Origin: Dimorphilus gyrociliatus
Lineage: Eukaryota > Animalia > Annelida
Assembly: GCA_904063045.1 (NCBI GenBank)
Contig: CAJFCJ010000009.1
Span: 1,984,968 to 2,048,967, forward strand
Direction: 5' to 3'
Length of the DNA stretch: 64,000 nt
Below are positions 27,483-40,219 of the stretch, piece by piece; the stretch's first letter is position 1; each line of letters opens with the position of its first letter. The notes under the pieces were generated by a model. The model saw nothing but the letters and a program-made list of their open reading frames with translations. It did no database searches and had not been told where the DNA came from. Both the position numbers and the translations under genes were made by a program.

Positions 27483-29269
27483 ATGTCAGATCATGAAAAG
27501 AAAGCTCAGGACTTGATGCTACAAGCTGAAAAGAAATTAAATTCCTCGGGAGGGTTTTTTGGATTTTTCGGGTATGTTTTCCTGAAACTCAATTCGACTA
27601 CTAGAATTTAATATATGGCTATATTTAAAACATTGTTGATAGTTTTTAATACGCCCGTTAAAGTTTTTCTCAACTAATTTAGGAATTCTTCAAAGTTTGA
27701 AGATGCTGCAGAATTATTCGATAGAGCTGCTAATGCTTTTAAAATGGCCAAAAACTGGACAGGTAAACAATCACTATACGAAACAACAACTGTTGAGTAA
27801 TCGAGAAACATTCAACACTACAGGTGCTGGTAACGCGTTCTGCCGATCCGCTCAGATTTACTTGAAACAAAATAGTAAACACGAGGCAGCTTCTCATTAT
27901 GTTGAAGCTGGCAATGCTTTTAAAAAATCTGACATTAACGGTGAGTGAAGGATATTTTGAAACAGTTCTGAAAATAATATTGTTTATATATTTGAATTTG
28001 TAAATAGAGGCCATTTCTTGTCTAAGTAAAGCGATAGAGATATATACTGACATGGGTAGATTTACAATTGCCGCTAAACATCATATATCCATCGCTGAAG
28101 TTTATGAAAGTGACTTAGTTGATATAGATAAGGCCATAACTCATTACGAACTTGCTGCTGATTATTACAAGGGAGAAGAATCGAATAGTTCAGCAAATAA
28201 ATGCCTGTTGAAGGTTGCTCAATACGCTGCCCAGTTGGGACAATACGAAAAAGCTATTGACATCTACGAGCAAGTGAGTTACAGTAATATTTTAAATATA
28301 TTAATATATTGCAATAATCTGTGTTTCTTGTAAGATTGGAGAAAGTAGCTTAAATAACAATCTTCTTAAATACGGAGCAAAAGACCATTTCTTCAGAGCT
28401 GCTTTATGTAGATTAACTCAAGATCGGGGTGATGCCGAAATAGCACTAGAAAAATATAAGAATATACATCCAGCATTCGTGGACACAAGAGAATTTAGAT
28501 TAATGAAGGTAAAAAAAATGTTACTTAATCTATAATATAAAAACAACTTGTTTTGCTTTAATCCAGTAACAAATTAGCCTTAAAAGCTTTTCTCAATGTA
28601 CTAAATCTCTCTTAAATATTGCTTCTAGGAAAAGGAAATTTTTAATGGTTTCAAGCAATCTTCTGCCTCTCGTTGCCTTTTTGTCTTGCTTTTTTTTCTC
28701 CATACTTTACTTACACGCAGATAAGCTTTAAATATTTTCATCTTCAACTCTGATTAGCCAAATCGTTCCTCTACCATTACTACTACATTATTAATAGTGA
28801 CAATAAAAGTGAGGGAAATATTCTAGCAGTTTTAATTGTTAAAAATGTTGTTTAAAGCAGGCAATTTTTGTAACGATTTTGTTAAGCTAAATTGAGAAAT
28901 CCCCCCTATTCCTCTTCACTTTAGTTCCTTACACCACTTGACCTTGTCAGTACCATTTTCTTTCATTCCCGCGTACCAATATCTTAGAATTTTAGCTTCT
29001 CTTCTTTTTCATCCCTTTTTTCCCTCTATAATTTTTTAGAATTTCATTTTATTAAATAATTAGATATCTATTATTTTAATTATATATTTATGATGTTTTT
29101 CCCTATCTAAAACATATAGAAACTTATCGAGACGATGGAGGATGGAAATGTTGATGGTTTTACGGAGGCTGTGAAAGAATACGATAGTATATCTCGTTTA
29201 GATCAATGGTATACTGCAATTCTTTTAAAAATTAAGAAAGGAATGGAAGGAGATGTTGACCTACGATAA
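27483..29269 (+). CDS. NAPA: Alpha-soluble NSF attachment protein (alpha-SNAP)
   Basis: [101 protein letters not shown] and the diagnostic C-terminal DLR* (stop 29267-29269). Six exons. Confidence 0.96.
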
Positions 29270-29676
29270 ATAAATTATTAAAGGAAGAAAAATCTGGAAT
29301 AGTATCATATTCTTATATTTTTGTTCGTATTCTATTAAGGAAACGCCAATATTCATTAAACAGAGAGAACATTATAGTAATTTCTTAAATAAAAATGAAA
29401 TGTATTATACATATAAATATATATATATATATATATATATCTTTAAAAAACACGCGTCTCACTTATTTCAGTAGAAATAAAGAGCACTCTCATATAATTA
29501 AGCATTTGTTACCCTATAGTACGGAAACTATATAAGATAAATAAATGATTATTATTTGTTTATTGCTTTCAAATATAAGTAATATGATACAACTGGTAAA
29601 ATTTTACGTTTAACAGCTTTTTTTGTCCTTGTAAAAGTGTCCTTGTAAAAGAATCCTTGAAAAATTGAATATGTAC

Positions 29677-29678
29677 TA

Positions 29679-29715
<37 letters not shown>

Positions 29716-29727
29716 ATATATACAGTA
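29677..29727. repeat. (TA)n tract bracketed by the inverted repeat TACTGTA...TACAGTA
   Basis: Seen directly in the sequence, between NAPA and TPC3b. Confidence 0.85.
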
Positions 29728-30020
29728 TATATAGTATTAGTATATATTCTTATATATAATTATGTATTGTATGCAAAAAAAAAAAGACTTTCATTATATA
29801 AAATATGACAAATAACTTATTTATTACATATATAGATTCTAACAGCTAATTGGTTATTTTTAAAATTTTATAAAAATACAAATACAATCACTTTTTAATT
29901 GAAATCAGAGATGACATTTGAAAAAATATTTCAATAATTACAAATTTACTAAATTAATTATTCATTCATCTAATTTACATAAAAAAAACAATCATTATTA
30001 TTTATTAATAACTAGAGGTT

Positions 30021-33000
30021 ATGTCCGATATTTCTTGGGATGAAGATAATGAAACTTCTGAAAGTGGAAGATGGAGGAAGAAGAGACACAAACATAAAAA
30101 ATCAATTGATGGGATTTTACCAATTGAAGAACATCCAAATAAATCTATAACTCCCTTATTGAATACATCAAATACTTCTGATTTTATAAGTAAGATTAAG
30201 GAGAGCCAAGATGAAACCAGCGAAAAAGAGAAAGAAGATATTGCAGAAAAGAATATAACGAAAGCTGAGAATAATGAGGGACGAGAAGTACCAGATAAAG
30301 ATTTTCAAGATGTAACTATCCCAACAAGATCGGCTACAGAAGAGGTAAGGATTTAAAATTGTTCTAATATTCCATATGAGAATTTTAGAGTTTAACTATA
30401 TACATATATATATATATATATATCTTTTGATAAACAGGAAATGAATCTTGCCATAGTTTTCGTTAAAGATGCAATGGATGGTAGATTTTTCATGTTAAAA
30501 ACTTATGACCAATGGTGTGTTAAGTATGTAAACAATATATAATTCCTTTATTATTCCTTATAACAATTAACATGTTTCTTTGATAAACAAATTATAGATC
30601 ATATAAAGTTTATAATTGGGTTATATTTACTCTATTGTTAAGAATCTTCAATATTTTACACTTATGTCTTCCCGTAATTGAAAAGCCTGCTACATTTACA
30701 TTCAATGGAATTGAATATCATCTTCATGAGAAAGTTGGACTATGGTCGATAGTTGCAGAGATTATTATATTTATGTATTACAGTGTCCGAATAATGCATA
30801 TGCATCACTTTGAAAAAGCTGAATCGTTCTGGAAAAAATGGACAAACCGATGTATAGTCGGTGGCATGGTAGTACGTATTTAGAGTTTAAGCATTATTTT
30901 ATCTATTTATATTTCTCTGTGTTATTTAACTATATATGTTATACTTTATAATTTTACGTTATTCTTAGTTAACAGCAATAGATATTGTTGTATTTATCGG
31001 AGTGGGGCAAAATAATGGATTAAGAGTTACTAGACTACTAAGACCTGTGTTTGTAGTTTGCTTTGCTGACAACCGAATGGTATTTTTGTAATTAAAGCAC
31101 TTTTATTAAATTAGAAAAATCAATCTCTTCTATCTTCACAGTTAATGAAAACTATTCGGAACATTGCGTTTACTGTACCGGATGTTGCTAATGTTCTGTT
31201 TCTGTTAGCTTGCAGTATGGGAGTTTTCTCACTCTTTGCACTGAAGATGTTTCAGAAGGATCCAGCTGGCAATGAAAAAATTCCAAAATGGTCAAATGGA
31301 GATCCCTACTTTCAGAGTTATCCAAATGTTGTTTGGCAAATGTACGTGCTAGTGACTACCGCAAACAATCCAGATGTATCTTTACCTGCAAGAACGGAAA
31401 ACGCCGCCTACGAAATATTCTTTCTTATTTATATATTAATCAATTTATATCTATTTATGTCGATATTGCTGGCTGTAATCTATAATTCTTATAAAGAAAG
31501 ATTAAAGGAGGAAGTATTATCAATTGTAAAGAAAAAACAACAGAATCTTTTAAGGGCATTCGACCTGATCAAGTCTAATGTTGCAGGATTTGGAGAATGT
31601 GTTACGTTAGCAAATTTTTATCAATTAATGAAAGGTATTTTACCGGATATAACGCAAAATTCAGGAGAGTTCTATTTTTGGGTTCTCGATAATAATTTAG
31701 ATGGGGTATTGGTCAAGAAAGAATTTTTTAAGGTTGCCGATTTATTAAATACTCAAGTTAGAGAGGCACAAGACCTGAGACCAAGATTTGCCAGACTATG
31801 TCCAAACTTTTATTATTCAAAATTCTCTGGATTTTTCGTAAGATTACATCATAGTATCTATTATAAGATTCTAATAGACGGTGCAATTATTGCTAATGCT
31901 GTTGTCATCGGATTGCAAATAGAGAAAGCAGAGCACATATTCGTTGCGCTATTTACATTTGAAGTAGTCTTGGGAATCTATGCAGAAGGTCCTAAGGTTT
32001 ATCTTAGTCGTTTCTTCGACGCTTTTGACACGATATTAATCTGTTGTAGTTTATTAGTAAATATTTTGAGTATTGTAAATGATGACATAAAAAAGGCCAA
32101 GTTTGTACTGATGCTTAGAGTTTTACGTCTTATACGGCTAACGAATAAGGTTAAAGGATTTCGTATTGTTGCAGAAACTATTGCAAATATTAAAGGATAT
32201 CTACTAATTTACTCATCGGTCCTGTTCCTCTTTTACTATTTTTACGCTTTAATTGGAATGGCTTTCTTATCCCATACAATAAGGGAGCATAGAATATCCC
32301 AGGATAATTATCACTATTGGCCTGGTTGCAATAATTCGGCACCTCGCATGAATACTTCAGACTTTTATAATTTAGGTTATTGTAGTGTGAATTTCAATAA
32401 TATATTACGAGCTTACGGCGTCTTATTTATTGTCACTGTTGTTAATCAATGGCATGCTGTAACTGATGGGTTTGCTTTTGCTGTAGGATGTGGAACAAGC
32501 AATTGGCAATGCTTTAAAGTTAGGTTATATTTTATGTCCTTTCATCTTATTGGCGTTTTTCTTCTAATGAATATCTTTCAAGCGTTTATACTTGAAGTAT
32601 TCTTTATTGAATATACAACTGAACGCAATAGACTATATCTGTTTATTGAGGGTTTACTGCAGAAATTTAATCTTATAGCTGATGAAGAAGAGTTAGCTTT
32701 AGAGAGACAAACTAAGAGGGAAGCTGCAGAATTAGCCATGGAACAACGAAGGGTTTTAGAAGTAAAAGGTCGATCTGGTGGAAGTTTGAGAGTGCGACAG
32801 TCGTTTATACCTGCTGCTGAGGCTGAAGAAATTTTATATAAAGGAACAGAAGAAGCACCTGCAGTTCCCCCTGTAAAAAGGTCTATAAAAGATGGTAATT
32901 ATAACGTTACCGTTCCCTTGCCGAAGAGCATTCGCTGTCCTTTCAAATCAGAATACGTTAAATTTATATTACATAAAACGGGTAAGATTATTAAGCAAGA

Positions 33001-33233
33001 CATTTTTTATAAAAATTTATTAAAAACGGCTTTAATCAAAGATTGTTTTATCAGGTCGTAATCATATGATGACTCTAATAGAACAAATGTTTGAAGAAGA
33101 TGTAAAGAGTTTGGAGAAGAAGGCTATTGAAGCGGCAAACGAGTTCGGCTTCATTGAAATTGCTGATGTAACCGATCCGGAAAAATTAAGAAAGATTATA
33201 CAAAAGGTTCGACCTGATGCCTTTATCATTTGA
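30021..33233 (+). CDS. Two-pore channel, divergent TPC3-type paralog ('TPC3b'). Exons 30021-30344, 30438-30523, 30598-30871, 30969-31079, 31142-32981, 33055-33233
   Basis: Two 6-TM repeats; filter I VTTANNPDV; filter II VTVVNQW (the TPC3 signature); S4 segments LRVTRLLRP and LRVLRLIR. All splice phases are consistent. The true stop is at 33231-33233; the ORF track reads into the last intron. Confidence 0.88.
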
Positions 33234-33379
33234 AAAAGCTTGGAAAGATTTAAAAAAAAGAACAAGAAAGAATTAATGAAAGAGAGAAGCAGGAACAAGA
33301 TACTATAAGATTCTTTCTTCTCTACTTCTAGTCTTTTATTTTTATAATCATACAAATAATAAGAAAATAAAAATCAAAA

Positions 33380-36300
33380 TTAAGCGTTCGTAAATTTTCT
33401 AGATTCTCTCTTATCGATTTCGTGGACACCAATATTAACAATATCCCTCCTTTCTTCGTCGTCTTTTTCAAGTTCACTTTCAAACATATTTCTTAATAGA
33501 GTTATTAAATGTTTACGATCTGAAATGTTAACGACAGAGGATAAAACAAGCAGGAATGTTGTTGTTTTATGAATTCTTACGTCTTTTACGCAGTTTGAAA
33601 CGTATGCCGTAATCCTTCGTAAGGATATCATCATATGATGTACCAGAATGTGACGATTCTGGATCTTGTTCAATACCATCGACGATATTTTGATTATCCG
33701 ATGCATTCGATGAATTAGGTAAGTTCATTCCAACGCCCAAGCCCAATTCTTTAATACGGCTTTCAACAGCACTTTGTAATTCAGTCCTTGAAATTGTATA
33801 TTCCAGAATAAAGACTTCTAAGACAAAAGCAGTAAAAATACTGGGAGAATAATAAGCAAATGGTAACAAAGAAAGCCATATAAATAAAAAGTTTACTTGA
33901 GTAGCAATGTTACGCATGTAACATGAAATGTTAGGAAAAATAATCTAGCAGCCTTAGAAGTGACAAGAACGAAACCTTGAGCGATTATATGCCATTGATT
34001 AACAACCGTCAACGTAAATAAGACAATTAAAGATGAAAGAAAATTATTAAAGTTTAATGAACAATAACGCCTATTTGCAAATTCGGATAATTGTAAGGCG
34101 TCATTTCCACATTTTACAGCAGTTGAGTTTGTATTATTATAGCCATAAAACTTTATTCTATTCTGAAAGATTTCCATACCCAAAATACCGTAAATATAAT
34201 AGAATACCTGTGTATTTTATGTAATTTTATGCAAGTTCATTTAGAAAAATACCACATATAGTATTACAAACTTACAAAGATTACAGCTCCGTACACGCCT
34301 ACAGAAGGCGCTATATTATATATTGTTGAAATTATTGTCTTAAAACTATTAAAGAATAACATATATATACAATATATTAAAAAATGTACTATACTTACGC
34401 AGTTATACTATTTGCAATACGAAGTAATCTAAGTACTCTTAGAACAAGTAAGATAGCAAGAATTTGCATTCTAACCGAACTTTTACTATTTAAAAATGCT
34501 TCTACGATCGTCATAATTAGAGCAGTAAATATAACGATAAAATCAAAACTAATATATAAAGTATAAAGGAAAAGTTAATATAGATTTATTAAGTTCTTTA
34601 AATATGTATAATTATACTTACGTATTCCACTTATTTTTAAAAAAGTTTATTACTCCATAAGTATATATTTTAAGTATAATTTCTATGCTAAATAATGCCA
34701 AAAACGCCCATTCAGCAGGATCTAAATTGAAACCAATACAAATAGCATTTCCAACAATGCATACATCAAAAAACCAACGGAAAAATCTATAGTTTATAGT
34801 AATATATATATGTAAATGTAATTTAATTAGAGCAGTAATTTTTTACCTATGTTCAACTACTTCACGAAGTTTTATGCTTATCTTATGATTATACATTTTA
34901 GGAAATTTCACTTCTAGTATTGTTTTTACGTTCATTCTTTCAACTAATTCAATATTTAACAAATCAGCTGACTTTAAAAATTCATCTCTTTCTTTTAATA
35001 AAAATATTATTGTTTTTTATTAGATGAATACTTAAAATTATTTTAATCGCTACCTATAACACCGTTATCACTTGTATCTAGTACCGTAAATAATAGGACT
35101 GATTGTAATCTGGAATATTTTGGCCTAGCAATACTTAGTAATTCATTCCATGTTATTTTATTAATTCCAACAAAGCCATTCGTTGTTGTTTTGAGAAGAT
35201 TAAATGCTTGATCTAAATATTCTTGTTTATTCTTTAGAAGATGTTTTATTTCATTCTGAAATTGTTTTCTCATCGCAGCTTATTCTTTAATTAAAACTAT
35301 CCATTTCCCTTTATATTTATATTATTACCTTTAAATGGCGTCTATAGTTGTTATAAATAACAGCCAGGACAATACTCATAAATAAGAATAAATTAATTAC
35401 TAGAAATAGTACAAAGAAGATGGCGTAATAATGCGATTTGTTATAACTTGGTATCCTGTTGAAAGAACATATTATTTATACGATGACTTACGATATAGGC
35501 CTAATACTCACATAACATCGGGATTATTGGCACTTGTTACAAGAACATATAAATCCCAAAATCCATCGAAAAAATTTTGAAAATATTTTCTTCCATCCGA
35601 ATACGAAATGTTCCTTTTATAAAATTAGTAAGGTCAAAGGTTACAATTAGTCTCCTTTCAACTGCAAATAGTTCAACTATTGTATTCTAGTGACTTACTG
35701 CTTTTCGAATAATTTATAGGCCATGAGTGAGAAGAATAATAAACTGCAAAAATATAGTACAAGGACACTTAGAATACCAGGAAGAGTTCGTCGAATATTT
35801 CTAAAAACTTGACGAACTTGCCGACTTTGAGGGAAATTTATCAGATATAAAGGACGTAGAACTCTAGACCATCTAATAGCATTCGAACCCAAATTGTACC
35901 ATATAAGATATCCAATTATATCAACTACAGTCAACTATATAAAATACATTTAAAAAAAATAAAAAACTGATTACTAAAATACATACTGCAATGACTGCAA
36001 CAACAGTAACGTTTTTAGGATCCTTTAAAAAGGATTTTTTATCTTGAAACATCAGTTGATTTATTATTCTTGATATAAAAAATAAAAGAAAAATAGATTC
36101 CAGTAGTATAAGTGCCTAAGAAATTAGAAATAGGATAGTTAAGTTAATCTAATTAATAAGTTAAAAATCTAATAAAATACCCATAGTGGTGTTTTAATAG
36201 ACGCTGGATTTTCGAAGATAACTAAAAACATATTACACCAGATAATAAGATATAGAAAAAACTTGTATACCCAATTATTATAAATTGTATAGGCTCTGTA

Positions 36301-36688
36301 AAAACAACTTGTATCATTTTTAATGTTATAAAGGTGTATAGTATCTATATTGAAATTATTAGTATACTTTTTAATATAGTATTACTATTGCGTGTTGTTT
36401 TACCTAAGTGACTTCTCATCCGTTTTAAAATGTAAACATCTACCAGACATTGCATCTCTTACCAATGTTCCAGCCAATAGTAGGTCCTATAAGAAACTAT
36501 TATTAATCCATTGAAATAACTTGTAATATGTTCTTTATGTTCTTTACCTTATTGCTATATGCTTCTTCAATATTTGTTTCAATATTTATAGTACTAGGTT
36601 GAATTTGTTCCCCTTGCGTTTCGCCCTTTCCCTCATCATCAACATCTTCTTTATAATTACAATTTGAAATTCCTACATTATTGTTCAT
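33380..36688 (-). CDS. TPCN3: Two-pore channel 3, canonical-type copy ('TPC3a'), 15 exons
   Basis: DLLLAGTLVRDAMSGR, IRWSRVLRPLYLINFPQSRQVRQVFRNIRR, filter I WDLYVLVTSANNPDV, YNNYRRHLKNEIK, LRVLRLLR, filter II NFNNFLSSLIVLFTLTVVNQWH and IFTAFVLEVFILEY. I traced 14 GT-AG introns. Confidence 0.9.
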
Positions 36689-37817
36689 TTTTTTTTCAGC
36701 AATCTAAGCAGAAATCAATCAAAATTATAACGTCTTGTTCTACACCTAATAGCATTAATCTATTATAAATAAAGAGAAAAATTCATTTTTACTTACTTGA
36801 TTTTCCTATACTTTCTATAAATTTTCTTCTATATTCTCCTTCTCAATGCAATTTATTAGTTAAACTCTTCCTAAACTACAACAAAACTACCAATAAGGTT
36901 TGAATATTATTTTGGCCTATATACATTAAAAGGAGTCTTTTTAATAGGATAAATAGGCCTAATGTTTACTAAAATATATTATAAGAAATCTATAAATACA
37001 AGTTTATAGATTTTCCTTGCATTTTCAATCTAACTAACAGGAAAGCAAAATATGAAAGCAAAGAAAGAGAAAGATTACTAAAAATTAAATATCCTACGCA
37101 TATTTGTTATCATATTCCTCTTTTCAGTTATCTTACCGTTTTCAATATAACATACATTAATTAGTTGGGTTAATAAATTTAAAACTAACTCTCTTATCGT
37201 CTGCTCTATAGATCCGCCCATTAATCACATGATCACATTCCTCTCCTATTATTTAATAGGCTAATATGAACCTAGGCTTGTCCATAATTAGTTAATTTAT
37301 ATCATATATGTATGTATATATACATGTATAGTAGAATATGTTTGAAATATGCTTAAAAGCGATAAGATAATAAGTAAAGTGGATGACTGAGTCTTTTCCT
37401 TTTTTTTCATCCTTCCTTAAAAAGGAATTATTTTATGCAGTTCATATTGCATTTGATTTTCAAATGGCATACTGCCATTACTGTTATAGAACAATAGTAC
37501 ATATAATCTATTATAACATTTATATATAATACTAATATATTAATATATAAATATACGACAATACAGGAGATTTAACATTTCAAGATAAAAGAAGAAAGGT
37601 TATTTCCGAGTTTATTATCCGAAATAGGAAAGTTTGCATTCGGAAAATTACCAGCCATGAATTACGTTAATTAGTATTAAAATAGCCCAGCTAAACTAAT
37701 AATTAACTTACTTAATAATTAATTGAACAATATTCGAACGATTTTTTATTTGGTACTCTCCTATTGTTTGTCTTCACATCCGAATAAGCTACTGAAGAGT
37801 GAAGAGAAAAACTAAAG

Positions 37818-38412
37818 ATGGATGTTATAGAGGGAAGATGGAAAGTATGCTCAACTGATGAAAATATGCCAAAAGTACTAAAGGCAGCTGGCTATTCAGA
37901 TGAATTTTTGAAAAATATGAAAAGCGGCAATGATAGTCAGTTAATTAGAACTGTCTCTCGCCAAGTAAAGTGAATTTTATAATAAACGCATAATCTATGA
38001 AATGAGTTAATAAAATATTAATAATCTAAGGATGGAGGAATGAAAGTAAAGACTGAAAATAATGGCGTTGTTATTGAAGAGACGCTTTTAAAGCCTGGAG
38101 AAGAAACTGCTGGAGTAAATCTTGAAGGAAAAGAGATTACGGTAATCCTATAATATAGGCACAACCATAAAAAAATTGAATTATATTTCTTTAAGAGAAA
38201 ATTGGAAATTGAAGATAAAACTATCACTGTTGTCGAAACTTACGGTGGCAAATGTCTTAAAGGAACATCAAAATTAGAAGATGGAAAAATGATTATTGTA
38301 TTTGAAATATTTAATTTATATGTAAATGTATTATTAATATCATCTTATTGTTTTCTAGACACTCCAAAGTGGAGATGAAAAGGCTGAAGTCGTTCATGAA
38401 AGATTAGAATAA
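37818..38412 (+). CDS. Divergent fatty-acid-binding protein (iLBP/FABP family), 137 aa. Exons 37818-37964, 38031-38141, 38196-38297, 38359-38412
   Basis: N-terminal IEGRWKVCSTDENMPKVLKAAG, LKPGEE...NLEGKEIT and KLEDGKMIITLQSGD. The last two exons (102 and 54 nt) match the FABP3-type exon sizes as I recall them. All junctions are phase 0. Confidence 0.7.
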
Positions 38413-39063
38413 ACAAGAGAGAGAAACCACACAACTAATCGAGAGTTTATATAAATAAACTATACTATATTAACAATTTTCTAATAAAAACCATAGAACA
38501 TTATTCTAAAATATCATTTCTTGCCTTTATAGTATCATTCCAGTGATTGCATGTATATAGAAGAGAGATCATATCTTATTCAATACTGCATTTGATTTAG
38601 TAAAATTACGTAAAACGCAAAAATCATATCTGTATTAATAAGTATTTAACTAATAGGAATGCTTCTATTTAGCATCATTCTTATTGTCATTTCCTAGTAT
38701 ATACAAAGATGATATAGCTTTCAGCCTAGTTACTTTGAAGTAGTGAGGAAAACCTAGAGGGTTTAAGATAATTAGATATAGGGTGCTATCTTCTTGATCT
38801 TGGAAGTAAAGTAAGAGCCTTTTTTTCATTTCAAAACGCTATGATCTTTCAATGAGACTTTAGTTGTCTAATCTAATTCCTTATAATACAGTTTAATGGA
38901 AAACTTTGCAAAAGTAATTGTAATTATAAGATTGTTTAAACAGAATATATTTTAACATGATGTATATACAAAAAAAATATGATTTTCATCAATCTATATA
39001 TATATATATATATAAATTTGATACTCAAGTTTGTAAAATGATATACAATACTCGACTACCCAT

Positions 39064-40064
39064 TTAAAACCTTTCAGAGGTTCTTGCGGCAATTGTTCTC
39101 ATAGTTCCGTAAACTTTTGAAGGCGGGCTTCCTATTATAGAAAAAGATAATTGTTTTAGTAAATATACTTATTGGATATGAATATTAATTAATAAAATAT
39201 TTTACCTAATATTAAATTACAAATTGCAGTTCTAGCTACTTTTATATTCTGGAAAGATCCCATTAAATGAATTTTTCTGAAAAGATAACTTATTTAAAAC
39301 TAATTTCTGACAATATTAACACTTAATGACATAAATATTTGATGTAGTAATATAAAAAACTTACGAATCTGCCAAGATAATTCTTGTTTTTGTAACATTT
39401 TCAATAGTAAATTTTGTTTTCCCATTTTTACCAGCAACTCTTCCGATTGCTCTTGACAAATGATCACCTTTTAGGGGTTTTACATCAGTTATTTCAAAAG
39501 ACTCCAAAAATAAATCGTCTAATCGTACAAGCGCTAGAGCATCGTCTATTTCGAAACCTAATGTGAAAGCTTTTACAAAATCTGCTGCTTTTTGAATTGC
39601 TCCTATATCCGTTGTTTGTTTACAAGTCTAATAAAGAAAAATTCATTTTATTAAAGGAACAAATCTAAATTAATAATGTTAAACATACCCGAATTTCGAC
39701 AGTTCTTGATTTTAGATTAAATCTGATTTGTAGTTTTAGATATTCCACAACAGGCGTAAAAATTCTCATCCAGTTTTCTTTTAGAGGAGTATATCTATGG
39801 GAAGGGACAGACACTTTCCTTGTTTCCGAGTTAACACCCTAAAAGATTGCAAATTACGTCGTAAACAGCAGACAGATTAAACCACGTGTCACTTACACTT
39901 AATTTATCCGCACTTATCGCAGGCAAATTCGGTTTCTTTGGCTCAGATTCACTTGTATCCATATCAGACGATTTTTCATCTAACGCTCTTTTACGTTTCG
40001 GGGTTAATTTTTCATCGTTTTTCGACTCTTCAACTGGCATGGTTTTAGTATCGGCTTCCGCCAT
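39064..40064 (-). CDS. PNO1: RNA-binding protein PNO1/DIM2 (KH domain, 40S biogenesis)
   Basis: [84 protein letters not shown] and [22 protein letters not shown]. Confidence 0.96.
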
Positions 40065-40219
40065 TTTAAAACTTTTTTTGTGGAACAGCATACCACGCCA
40101 TTGTTACTACAAACCATACTACAGAAATTTGGCGGGCTAAAGTTATCTTTTTCAAATTTGAAATATTATTAGGAATTATTGATTACAGTTACATTCAAAC
40201 AATTCAAATCAATTGAATT
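40065..40219. promoter_or_regulatory. Very short bidirectional promoter between PNO1 and DDHD1
   Basis: The divergent ATGs (40064 minus, 40220 plus) are only 155 bp apart. A YY1-like AAAATGGCGG overlaps the PNO1 start. Confidence 0.7.

Noticed and set aside
32982-33061. C-terminus of the 638-aa ORF (KIIKQDIFYKNLLKTALIKDCFIRS)
   Set aside because: This is read-through into an intron (gtaag at 32982, cag at 33052-33054). The spliced exon continues to 33233 and matches the paralog's tail.
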